Source of the DNA: Auanema rhodensis
Lineage: Eukaryota > Animalia > Nematoda
Assembly (NCBI GenBank): GCA_964057225.1
Contig: OZ059899.1
Location: 9,858,001 to 9,922,000 of the forward strand
DNA length: 64,000 nucleotides
Direction: 5' to 3'
Below, piece by piece: positions 51,704 to 64,000 of this stretch. Each line of letters starts with the position of its first letter. The stretch's first letter is position 1. The notes below the pieces were generated by a model. The model saw only the letters and a list, made by a program, of their open reading frames with translations. It made no database searches and was not told where the DNA came from. Made by a program: the position numbers and the translations under genes.

Positions 51704-52647
51704 TAAATTTTTTTCATTTCACTTGTCATTTATAAAAATCGAATTTATCTTCTTCATCGATTATTTTTGCAATGTGTCATAAGAATTTCATAGTTGAACA
51801 AAACGTTTTTTAAGAAGTTTTTTTGTTGTCAACATATATATTTTCCTGGAATTCGAAAGCATTTGGGATGGAAATTAGAAAGAAAAGAACTAGTTTTTTC
51901 TACTTTAAAACAAACAATAAGAAATAAAATGAAAAAGATTGTTAGATATCCAATTTAAACTTATACATTTACTTCGATAAAGAGCCTATTAGTTTGAAAT
52001 TTTATGTCTTACAGTTCTCCAACAGAACAGACTGATCCTGATTTCTCTATGATTACATAAAACTCTCGTTTGATATACAAAATAGAGAGGAATAACGTTT
52101 CCAGGATATCAATGATATCGAATCTAGTGATATTGTAGAAAAATGTAATGTCAGCTCCAAAGTTTTTCTCTTAATTTCTCTCATCACAATAGTCTTAGTT
52201 TTTTTTCATAAGAGTTTCTGAAATCTTAGTTGAACAAGGCAGTATATATTTTTTTCTGGAATTCGAAAGCATTTGGGATGGAAATTAGAAAGAAAAGAAC
52301 TAGTTTTTCCTACTTTAAAACAAACAATAAGAAATAAAATGAAAAAGATTGTTAGATATCCAATTTAAACTTATACATTTACTTCGATAAAGAGCCTATT
52401 AGTTTGAAATTTTATGTCTTACAGTTCTCCAACAGAACAGACTGATCCTGATTTCTCTATGATTACATAAAACTCTCGTTTGATATACAAAATAGAGAGG
52501 AATAACGTTTCCAGGATATCAATGATATCGAATCTAGTGATATTGTAGAAAAATGTAATGTCAGCTCCATAGTTTTTCTCTTAATTTCTCTCATCACAAT
52601 AGTCTTAGTTTTTTTTCATAAGAGTTTCTGAAATCTTAGTTGAACAA

Positions 52648-52720
52648 GGCCGCGTGGCGCAATGGATAACGCGTCTGCCTACGGAGCAGAAGATTGTAGG
52701 TTCGAATCCTGCCGTGGTCG
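52648..52720 (+). tRNA. tRNA-Arg(ACG)
   Basis: Same sequence as 1019-1091. Confidence 0.95.
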
Positions 52721-53909
52721 TAAATTTTTTTCATTTCACTTGTCATTTATAAAAATCGAATTTATCTTCTTCAACGATTTGTTTTGCAATGTGTCATAAG
52801 AATTTCATAGTTGAACAAAACGTTTTTTAAGAAGTTTTTTTGTTGTCAACATATATATTTTCCTGGAATTCGAAAGCATTTGGGATGGAAATTAGAAAGA
52901 AAAGAACTAGTTTTTCCTACTTTGAAACAAACAATAAGAAATAAAATGAAAAAGATTGTTAGATATCCAATTTAAACTTATACATTTACTTCGATAAAGA
53001 GCCTATTAGTTTGAAATTTTATGTCTTACAGTTCTCCAACAGAACAGACTGATCCTGATTTCTCTATGATTACATAAAACTCTCGTTTGATATACAAAAT
53101 AGAGAGGAATAACGTTTCCAGGATATCAATGATATCGAATCTAGTGATATTGTAGAAAAATGTAATGTCAGCTCCATAGTTTTTCTCTTAATTTCTCTCA
53201 TCACAATAGTCTTAGTTTTTTTTCATAAGAGTTTCTGAAATCTTAGTTGAACAAGGCAGTATATATTTTTTTCTGGAATTCGAAAGCATTTGGGATGAAA
53301 ATTAGAAAGAAAAGAACTAGTTTTTCCTACTTTAAAACAAACAATAAGAAATAAAATGAAAAAGATTGTTAGATATCCAATTTAAACTTATACATTTACT
53401 TCGATAAAGAGCCTATTAGTTTGAAATTTTATGTCTTACAGTTCTCCAACAGAACAGACTGATCCTGATTGCTCTATGATTACATAAAACTCTCGTTCGA
53501 TATAAAAGCATATTGGATAGAAATTTCGAAAGCATTTTGGATGGAAATTAGAACGAAAAGAACTAGTTTTTTCTATTTTAAAACAAACAATAATAAACAA
53601 AATGAAAAGATTGTTAGATATCCAATTTTAACTTATACATTTACTTCGATGAAGAGCCTATTAGATTGAATTTTTATGTCTTACAGTTCTCCAACAGAAC
53701 AGACTTATCCTGATTTTTCTACGATTACATAAAACTCTCGTTTGATATACAAAAAGGAGAGGAATAACGTATCCAGGATATCAATGATATCGAATCTAGT
53801 GATATTGTAGAAAAATGTAATGTCAGCTCCATAGTTTTTCTCTTAATTTCTTTCATCACAATAGTCTTAGTTTTTTTTCATAAGAGTTTCTGAAATCTTA
53901 GTTGAATAA

Positions 53910-53982
53910 GGCCGCGTGGCGCAATGGATAACGCGTCTGCCTACGGAGCAGAAGATTGTAGGTTCGAATCCTGCCGTGGTCG
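53910..53982 (+). tRNA. tRNA-Arg(ACG)
   Basis: Same sequence as 1019-1091. Confidence 0.95.
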
Positions 53983-54762
53983 TAAATTTTTTTCATTTCA
54001 CTTGTCATTTATAAAAATCGAATTTATCTTCTTCAACGATTATTTTTGCAATGTGTCATAAGAATTTCATAGTTGAACAAAACGTTTTTTGAGAAGTTTT
54101 TTTGTTGTCAACATATATATTTTCCTGGAATTCGAAAGCATTTGGGATGGAAATTAGAAAGAAAAGAACTAGTTTTTTCTACTTTAAAACAAACAATAAG
54201 AAATAAAATGAGAAAGATTGTTAGATATCCAATTTAAACTTATACATTTACTTCGATAAAGAGCCTATTAGTTTGAAATTTTATGTCTTACAGTTCTCCA
54301 ACAGAACAGACTGATCCTGATTTCTCTATGATTACATAAAACTCTCGTTTGATATAAAAGCATATTGGATAGAAATTTCGAAAGCATTTTGGATGAAAAT
54401 TAGAAAGAAAAGAACTAGTTTTTCCTACTTTAAAACAAACAATAAGAAATAAAATGAAAAAGATTGTTAGATATCCATTTTAAACTTATACATTTACTTC
54501 GATAAAGAGCCTATTAGTTTGAAATTTTATGTCTTACAGTTCTCCAACAGAACAGACTAATCCTGATTTCTCTATGATTACATAAAACTCTCGTTTGATA
54601 TACAAAAAGGAGAGGAATAACGTTTCCAGGATATCAATGATATCGAATCTAGTGATATTGTAGAAAAATGTAATGTCAGCTCCATAGTTTTTCTCTTAAT
54701 TTCTCTCATCACAATAGTCTTAGTTTTTTTTCATAAGAGTTTCTGAAATCTTAGTTGAACAA

Positions 54763-54835
54763 GGCCGCGTGGCGCAATGGATAACGCGTCTGCCTACGGA
54801 GCAGAAGATTGTAGGTTCGAATCCTGCCGTGGTCG
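54763..54835 (+). tRNA. tRNA-Arg(ACG)
   Basis: Same sequence as 1019-1091. Confidence 0.95.
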
Positions 54836-56599
54836 TAAATTTTTTTCATTTCACTTGTCATTTATAAAAATCGAATTTATCTTCTTCAACGATTATTTTT
54901 GCAATGTGTCATAAGAATTTCATAGTTGAACAAAACGTTTTTTAAGAAGTTTTTTTGTTGTCAACATATATATTTTCCTGGAGTTCGAAAGCATTTGGGA
55001 TGGAAATTAGAAAGAAAAGAACTAGTTTTTTCTACTTTGAAACAAACAATAAGAAATAAAATGAAAAAGATTGTTAGATATCCAATTTAAACTTATACAT
55101 TTACTTCGATAAATAGCCTATTAGTTTGAAATTTTATGTCTTACAGTTCTCCAACAGAACAGACTGATCCTGATTTCTCTATGATTACATAAAACTCTCG
55201 TTTGATATACAAAATAGAGAGGAATAACGTTTCCAGGATATCAATGATATCGAATCTAGTGATATTGTAGAAAAATGTAATGTCAGCTCCATAGTTTTTC
55301 TCTTAATTTCTCTCATCACAATAGTCTTAGTTTTTTTTCATAAGAGTTTCTGAAATCTTAGTTGAACAAGGCAGTATATATTTTTTTCTGGAATTCGAAA
55401 GCATTTGGGATGGAAATTAGAAAGAAAAGAACTAGTTTTTCCTACTTTAAAACAAACAATAGGAAATAAAATGAAAAAGATTGTTAGATATCCAATTTAA
55501 ACTTATACATTTACTTCGATAAAGAGCCTATTAGTTTGAAATTTTATGTCTTACAGTTCTCCAACAGAACAGACTGATCCTGATTTCTCTATGATTACAT
55601 AAAACTCTCGTTTGATATACAAAAAGGAGAGGAATAACGTTTCCAGGATATCAATGATATCGAATCTAGTGATATTGTAGAAAAATGTAATGTCAGCTCA
55701 ATAGTTTTTCTCTTAATTTCTCTCATCACAATAGTCTTAGTTTTTTTTCATGAGAGTTTCTGAAATCTTAGTTGAACAAGGCAGTATATATTTTTTTCTG
55801 GAATTCGAAAGCATTTAGGATGAAAATTAGAAAGAAAAGAACTAGTTTTTCCTACTTTAAAACAAACAATAAGAAATAAAATGAAAAAGATTGTTAGATA
55901 TCCAATTTAAACTTATACATTTACTTCGATAAAGAGCCTATTAGTTTGAAATTTTATGTCTTACAGTTCTCCAACAGAACAGACTAATCCTGATTTCTCT
56001 ATGATTACATAAAACTCTCGTTTGATATACAAAAAGGAGAGGAATAACGTTTCCAGGATATCAATGATATCGAATCTAGTGATATTGTAGAAAAATGTAA
56101 TGTCAGCTCCATAGTTTTTCTCTTAATTTCTCTCATCACAATAGTCTTAGTTTTTTTTCATAAGAGTTTCTGAAATCTTAGTTGAACAAGGCAGTATATA
56201 TTTTTTTCTGGAATTCGAAAGCATTTAGGATGGAAATTAGAAAGAAAAGAACTAGTTTTTCCTACTTTAAAACAAACAATAAGAAATAAAATGAAAAAGA
56301 TTGTTAGATATCCAATTTAAACTTATACATTTACTTCGATAAAGAGCCTATTAGTTTGAAATTTTATGTCTTACAGTTCTCCAACAGAACAGACTGATCC
56401 TGATTTCTCTATGATTACATAAAACTCTCGTTTGATATACAAAAAGGAGAGGAATAACGTTTCCAGGATATCAATGATATCGAATCTAGTGATATTGTAG
56501 AAAAATGTAATGTCAGCTCCATAGTTTTTCTCTTAATTTCTCTCATCACAATAGTCTTAGTTTTTTTTCATAAGAGTTTCTGAAATCTTAGTTGAACAA

Positions 56600-56672
56600 G
56601 GCCGCGTGGCGCAATGGATAACGCGTCTGCCTACGGAGCAGAAGATTGTAGGTTCGAATCCTGCCGTGGTCG
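56600..56672 (+). tRNA. tRNA-Arg(ACG), last copy in the window
   Basis: Same sequence as 1019-1091. Confidence 0.95.
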
Positions 56673-59600
56673 TAAATTTTTTTCATTTCACTTGTCATTT
56701 ATAAAAATCGAATTTATCTTCTTCAACGATTTGTTTTGCAATGTGTCATAAGAATTTCATAGTTGAACAAAACGTTTTTTAAGAAGTTTTTTTCTTGTCA
56801 ACATATATATTTTCCTGGAATTCGAAAGCATTTGGGATGGAAATTAGAAAGAAAAGAACTAGTTTTTCCTACTTTAAAACAAACAATAAGAAATAAAATG
56901 AAAAAGATTGTTAGATATCCAATTTGAACTTATACATTTACTTCGATAAAGAGCCTATTAGTTTGAAATTTTATGTCTTACAGTTCTCCAACAGAACAGA
57001 CTGATCCTGATTTCTCTATGATTACATAAAACTCTCGTTTGATATACAAAATAGAGAGGAATAACGTTTCCAGGATATCAATGATATCGAATCTAGTGAT
57101 ATTGTAGAAAAATGTAATGTCAGCTCCATAGTTTTTCTCTTAATTTCTCTCATCACAATAGTCTTAGTTTTTTTTCATAAGAGTTTCTGAAATCTTAGTT
57201 GAACAAGGCAGTATATATTTTTTTCTGGAATTCGAAAGCATTTGGGATGGAAATTAGAAAGAAAAGAACTAGTTTTTCCTACTTTAAAACAAACAATAAG
57301 AAATAAAATAAAAAAGATTGTTAGATATCCAATTTAAACTTATACATTTACTTCGATAAAGAGCCTATTAGTTCGAAATTTTATGTCTTACAGTTCTCCA
57401 ACAGAACAGACTGATCCTGATTTTTCTACGATTACATAAAACTCTCGTTTGATATAAAAGCATATTGGATAGAAATTTCGAAAGCATTTTGGATGGAAAT
57501 TAGAACGAAAAGAACTAGTTTTTTCTATTTTAAAACAAACAATAATAAACAAAATGAAAAGATTGTTAGATATCCAATTTAAACTTATACATTTACTTCG
57601 ATAAAGAGCCTATTAGTTTGAAATTTTATGTCTTACAGTTCTCCAACAGAACAGACTGATCCTGATTGCTCTATGATTACATAAAACTCTCGTTTGATAT
57701 AAAAGCATATTGGATAGAAATTTCGAAAGCATTTTGGATGGAAATTAGAACGAAAAGAACTAGTTTTTCTATTTTAAAACAAACAATAATAAACAAAATG
57801 AAAAGATTGTTAGATATCCAATTTAAACTTATACATTTACTTCGATAAAGAGCCTATTAGTTTGAAATTTTATGTCTTACAGTTCTCCAACAGAACAGAC
57901 TGATCCTGATTTCTCTATGATTACATAAAACTCTCGTTTGATATAGAAGCATATTGGATAGAAATTTCGAAAGCATTTTGGATGGAAATTAGAACGAAAA
58001 GAACTAGTTTTTTCTATTTTAAAACAAACAATAATAAACAAAATGAAAAGATTGTTAGATATCCAATTTTAACTTATACATTTATTTCGATGAAGAGCCT
58101 ATTAGATTGAATTTTTATGTCTTACAGTTCTCCAACAGAACAGACTGATCCTGATTTTTCTACGATTACATAAAACTCTCGTTTGATATACAAAAAGGAG
58201 AGGAATAACGTTTCCAGGATATCAATGATATCGAATCTAGTGATATTGTAGAAAAATGTAATGTCAGCTCCATAGTTTTTCTCTTAATTTCTCTCATCAC
58301 AATAGTCTTAGTTTTTTTTCATAAGAGTTTCTGAAATCTTAGTTGAACAAGGCAGTATATATTTTTTTCTGGAATTCGAAAGCATTTGGGATGGAAATTA
58401 GAAAGAAAAGAACTAGTTTTTCCTACTTTAAAACAAACAATAAGAAATAAAATGAAAAAGATTGTCAGATATCCAATTTAAACTTATACATTTACTTCGA
58501 TAAAGAGCCTATTAGTTTGAAATTTTATGTCTTACAGTTCTCCAACAGAACAGACTGATCCTGATTGCTCTATGATTACATAAAACTCTCGTTCGATATA
58601 AAAGCATATTGGATAGAAATTTCGAAAGCATTTTGGATGGAAATTAAAACGAAAAGAACTAGTTTTTTCTATTTTAAAACAAACAATAATAAACAAAATG
58701 AAAAGATTGTTAGATATCCAATTTTAACTTATACATTTACTTCGATGAAGAGCCTATTAGATTGAATTTTTATGTCTTACAGTTCTCCAACAGAACAGAC
58801 TTATCCTGATTTTTCTACGATTACATAAAACTCTCGTTTGATATACAAAAAGGAGAGGAATAACGTTTCCAGGATATCAATGATATCGAATCTAGTGATA
58901 TTGTAGAAAAATGTAATGTCAGCTCCATAGTTTTTCTCTTAATTTCTCTCATCACAATAGTCTTAGTTTTTTTTCATAAGAGTTTCTGAAATCTTAGTTG
59001 AACAAGGCAGTATATATTTTTTTCTGGAATTCGAAAGCATTTAGGATGGAAATTAGAAAGAGAAGAACTAGTTTTTCCTACTTTAAAACAAACAATAAGA
59101 AATAAAATGAAAAAGATTGTTAGATATCCAATTTAAACTTATACATTTACTTCGATAAAGAGCCTATTAGTTTGAAATTTTATGTCTTACAGTTCTCCAA
59201 CAGAACAGACTGATCCTGATTTCTCTATGATTTCATAAAACTCTCGTTTGATATACAAAAAGGAGAGGAATAACGTTTCCAGGATATCAATGATATCGAA
59301 TCTAGTGATATTGTAGAAAAATGTAATGTCAGCTCCATAGTTTTTCTCTTAATTTCTCTCATCACAATAGTCTTAGTTTTTTTTCATAAGAGTTTCTGAA
59401 ATCTTAGTTGAACAAGGCAGTATATATTTTTTTCTGGAATTCGAAAGCATTTAGGATGGAAATTAGAAAGAAAAGAACTAGTTTTTCCTACTTTAAAACA
59501 AACAATAAGAAATAAAATGAAAAAGATTGTTAGATATCCAATTTAAACTTATACATTTACTTCGATAAAGAGCCTATTAGTTTGAAATTTTATGTCTTAC

Positions 59601-62600
59601 AGTTCTCCAACAGAACAGACTGATCCTGATTTCTCTATGATTTCATAAAACTCTCGTTTGATATACAAAAAGGAGAGGAATAACGTTTCCAGGATATCAA
59701 TGATATCGAATCTAGTGATATTGTGGAAAAATGTAATGTCAGCTCCATAGTTTTTCTCTTAATTTCTCTCATCACAATAGTCTTAGTTTTTTTTCATAAG
59801 AGTTTCTGAAATCTTAGTTGAACAAGGCAGTATATATTTTTTTCTAAAATTCGAAAGCATTTAGGATGGAAATTAGAAAGAGAAGAACTAGTTTTTCCTA
59901 CTTTAAAACAAACAATAAGAAATAAAATGAAAAAGATTGTTAGATATCCAATTTAAACTTATACATTTACTTCGATAAAGAGCCTATTAGTTTGAAATTT
60001 TATGTCTTACAGTTCTCCAACAGAACAGACTGATCCTGATTTCTCTATGATTTCATAAAACTCTCGTTTGATATACAAAAAGGAGAGGAATAACGTTTCC
60101 AGGATATCAATGATATCGAATCTAGTGATATTGTGGAAAAATGTAATGTCAGCTCCATAGTTTTTCTCTTAATTTCTCTCATCACAATAGTCTTAGTTTT
60201 TTTTCATAAGAGTTTCTGAAATCTTAGTTGAACAAGGCAGTATATATTTTTTTCTAAAATTCGAAAGCATTTAGGATGGAAATTAGAACGAAAAGAACTA
60301 GTTTTTTCTATTTTAAAACAAAGAATAATAAACAAAATGAAAAGATTGTTAGATATCCAATTTTAACTTATACATTTACTTCGATGAAGAGCCTATTAGA
60401 TTGAATTTTTATGTCTTACAGTTCTCCAACAGAACAGACTTATCCTGATTTTTCTACGATTACATAAAACTCTCGTTTGATATACAAAAAGGAGAGGAAT
60501 AACGTTTCCAGGATATCAATGATATCGAATCTAGTGATATTGTAGAAAAATGTAATGTCAGCTCCATAGTTTTTCTCTTAATTTCTCTCATCACAATAGT
60601 CTTAGTTTTTTTTCATGAGAGTTTCTGAAATCTTAGTTGAACAAGGCAGTATATATTTTTTTCTGGAATTCGAAAGCATTTAGGATGGAAATTAGAAAGA
60701 AAAGAACTAGTTTTTCCTACTTTAAAACAAACAATAAGAAATAAAATGAAAAAGATTGTTAGATATCCAATTTAAACTTATACATTTACTTCGATAAAGA
60801 GCCTATTAGTTTGAAATTTTATGTCTTACAGTTCTCCAACAGAACAGACTGATCCTGATTTCTCTATGATTACATGAAACTCTCGTTAGAAATACAAAAT
60901 AGAGAGGAATAACGTTTCCAGGATATCAATGATATCGAATCTAGTGATATTGTAGAAAAATGTAATGTCAGCTCCATAGTTTTTCTCTTAATTTCTCTCA
61001 TCACAATAGTCTTAGTTTTTTTTCATAAGAGTTTCTGAAATCTTAGTTGAACAAGGCAGTATATATTTTTTTCTGGAATTCGAAAGCATTTGGGATGGAA
61101 ATTAGAAAGAAAAGAACTAGTTTTTCCTACTTTAAAACAAACAATAAGAAATAAAATAAAAAAGATTGTTAGATATCCAATTTAAACTTATACATTTACT
61201 ACGATAAAGAGCCTATTAGTTTGAAATTTTATGTCTTACAGTTCTCCAACAGAACAGACTGATCCTGATTTTTCTACGATTACATAAAACTCTCGTTTGA
61301 TATAAAAGCATATTGAATAGAAATTTCTAAAGCATTTTGGATGGAAATTAGAACGAAAAGAACTAGTTTTTTCTATTTTAAAACAAACAATAATAAACAA
61401 AATGAAAAGATTGTTAGATATCCAATTTAAACTTATACATTTACTTCGATAAAGAGCCTATTAGTTTGAAATTTTATGTCTTACAGTTCTCCAACAGAAC
61501 AGACTGATCCTGATTGCTCTATGATTACATAAAACTCTCGTTTGATATAAAAGCATATTGGATAGAAATTTCGAAAGCATTTTGGATGGAAATTAGAACG
61601 AAAAGAACTAGTTTTTCTATTTTAAAACAAACAATAATAAACAAAATGAAAAGATTGTTAGATATCCAATTTAAACTTATACATTTACTTCGATAAAGAG
61701 CCTATTAGTTTGAAATTTTATGTCTTACAGTTCTCCAACAGAACAGACTGATCCTGATTTCTCTATGATTACATAAAACTCTCGTTTGATATAGAAGCAT
61801 ATTGGATAGAAATTTCGAAAGCATTTTGGATGGAAATTAGAACGAAAAGAACTAGTTTTTTCTATTTTAAAACAAACAATAATAAACAAAATGAAAAGAT
61901 TGTTAGATATCCAATTTTAACTTATACATTTACTTCGATGAAGAGCCTATTAGATTGAATTTTTATGTCTTACAGTTCTCCAACAGAACAGACTGATCCT
62001 GATTTTTCTACGATTACATAAAACTCTCGTTTGATATACAAAAAGGAGAGGAATAACGTTTCCAGGATATCAATGATATCGAAACTAGTGATATTGTAGA
62101 AAAATGTAATGTCAGCTCCATAGTTTTTCTCTTAATTTCTCTCATCACAATAGTCTTAGTTTTTTTTCATAAGAGTTTCTGAAATCTTAGTTGAACAAGG
62201 CAGTATATATTTTTTTCTGGAATTCGAAAGCATTTGGGATGGAAATTAGAACGAAAAGAACTAGTTTTTTCTATTTTAAAACAAACAATAATAAACAAAA
62301 TGAAAAGATTGTTAGATATCCAATTTAAACTTATACATTTACTTCGATAAAGAGCCTATTAGTTTGAAATTTTATGTCTTACAGTTCTCCAACAGAACAG
62401 ACTGATCCTGATTGCTCTATGATTACATAAAACTCTCGTTTGATATAAAAGCATATTGGATAGAAATTTCGAAAGCATTTTGGATGGAAATTAGAACGAA
62501 AAGAACTAATTTTTTCTATTTTAAAACAAACAATAATAAACAAAATGAAAAGATTGTTAGATATCCAATTTTAACTCATACATTTACTTCGATGAAGAGC

Positions 62601-64000
62601 CTATTAGATTGAAATTTTATGTCTTACAGTTCTCCAACAGAACAGACTGATCCTGATTTCTCTATGATTTCATGAAACTCTCGTTTGATATACAAAAAGG
62701 AGAGGAATAACGTTTCCAGGATATCAATGATATCGAATCTAGTGATATTGTAGAAAAATGCAATGTCAGCTCCATAGTTTTTCTCTTAATTTCTCTCATC
62801 ACAATAGTCTTAGTTTTTTTCATAAGAGTTTCTGAAATCTTAGTTGAACAAGGCAGTATATATTTTTTTCTGGAATTCGAAAGCATTTGGGATGGAAATT
62901 AGAAAGAAAAGAACTAGTTTTTCCTACTTTAAAACAAACAATAAGAAATAAAATGAAAAAGATTGTTAGATATCCAATTTAAACTTATACATTTACTTCG
63001 ATAAAGAGCCTATTAGTTTGAAATTTTATGTCTTACAGTTCTCCAACAGAACAGACTGATCCTGATTTCTCTATGATTACATAAAACTCTCGTTAGAAAT
63101 ACAAAATAGAGAGGAATAACGTTTCCAGGATATCAATGATATCGAATCTAGTGATATTATAGAAAAATGTAATGTCAGCTCCATAGTTTTTCTCTTAATT
63201 TCTCTCATCACAATAGTCTTAGTTTTTTTTCATAAGAGTTTCTGAAATCTTAGTTGAACAAGGCAGTATATATTTTTTTCTGGAATTCGAAAGCATTTGG
63301 GATGGAAATTAGAAAGAAAAGAACTAGTTTTTCCTACTTTAAAACAAACAATAAGAAATAAAATAAAAAAGATTGTTAGATATCCAATTTAAACTTATAC
63401 ATTTACTACGATAAAGAGCCTATTAGTTTGAAATTTTATGTCTTACAGTTCTCCAACAGAACAGACTGATCCTGATTTTTCTACGATTACATAAAACTCT
63501 CGTTTGATATAAAAGCATATTGGATAGAAATTTCGAAAGCATTTTGGATGGAAATTAGAACGAAAAGAACTAGTTTTTTCTATTTTAAAACAAACAATAA
63601 TAAACAAAATGAAAAGATTGTTAGATATCCAATTTAAACTTATACATTTACTTCGATAAAGAGCCTATTAGTTTGAAATTTTATGTCTAACAGTTCTCCA
63701 ACAGAACAGACTGATCCTGATTGCTCTATGATTACATAAAACTCTCGTTAGAAATACAAAATAGAGAGGAATAACGTTTCCAGGATATCAATGATATCGA
63801 ATCTAGTGATATTGTAGAAAAATGTAATGTCAGCTCCATAGTTTTTCTCTTAATTTCTCTCATCACAATAGTCTTAGTTTTTTTTCATAAGAGTTTCTGA
63901 AATCTTAGTTGAACAAGGCAGTATATATTTTTTTCTGGAATTCGAAAGCATTTGGGATGGAAATTAGAAAGAAAAGAACTAGTTTTTCCTACTTTAAAAC

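Larger units (their letters stand above)
1..64000. repeat. Tandem satellite array of 410/607/~245 bp monomer variants (tRNA-bearing satellite), running off both window ends
   Basis: The landmark gatttctctatgatt recurs at 411, 821, 1428, 2035, 2281, 2691 and onward; spacings are 410-411, 607 or 244-246 bp throughout, except at the four insertions. Confidence 0.98.

Noticed and set aside
53469-62886. 60-74 aa ORFs in the right-hand zone
   Set aside because: Chance frames in type C/A monomers, with frameshifting indels between copies.
1-64000. CRISPR array or bacterial origin
   Set aside because: No unique spacers or cas genes; units are hundreds of bp; the tRNA is eukaryotic in type with an oligo-T terminator.
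1-64000. Entamoeba-type tRNA-STR array
   Set aside because: Spacers lack blocks of short tandem repeats and most monomers have no tRNA.

Overview
The whole 64 kb is a eukaryotic, AT-rich, head-to-tail satellite array with no credible protein-coding genes. It has roughly 130 monomers of three types sharing a ~205 bp core. Type A is 410 bp with no tRNA. Type B is 607 bp and carries an intact tRNA-Arg(ACG) gene plus a T7 Pol III terminator. Type C is ~245 bp. I counted 38 tRNA-Arg(ACG) genes, all on the + strand; 37 read as identical, and the sequence resembles the nematode isoacceptor (from memory). Monomers form local higher-order repeats (2691, 1427, 853 bp and others), and SNP variants define a homogeneous centre with more diverged flanks; the last 7.3 kb has no tRNA. 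The array is interrupted four times, at the same monomer position 86 bp upstream of a tRNA gene, by a 1.2 kb non-coding LTR retroelement on the minus strand. It has a 4-bp TSD (CAGC), a 413-bp 5' LTR, a tRNA-Gln primer-binding site, an AT-rich repetitive leader and a truncated 328-bp 3' LTR. The oddest details: the U5 end matches the 5' end of the same tRNA-Gln, the LTR carries a near-copy of its own target site, the LTR is densely hairpinned, and it ends in CG rather than CA.
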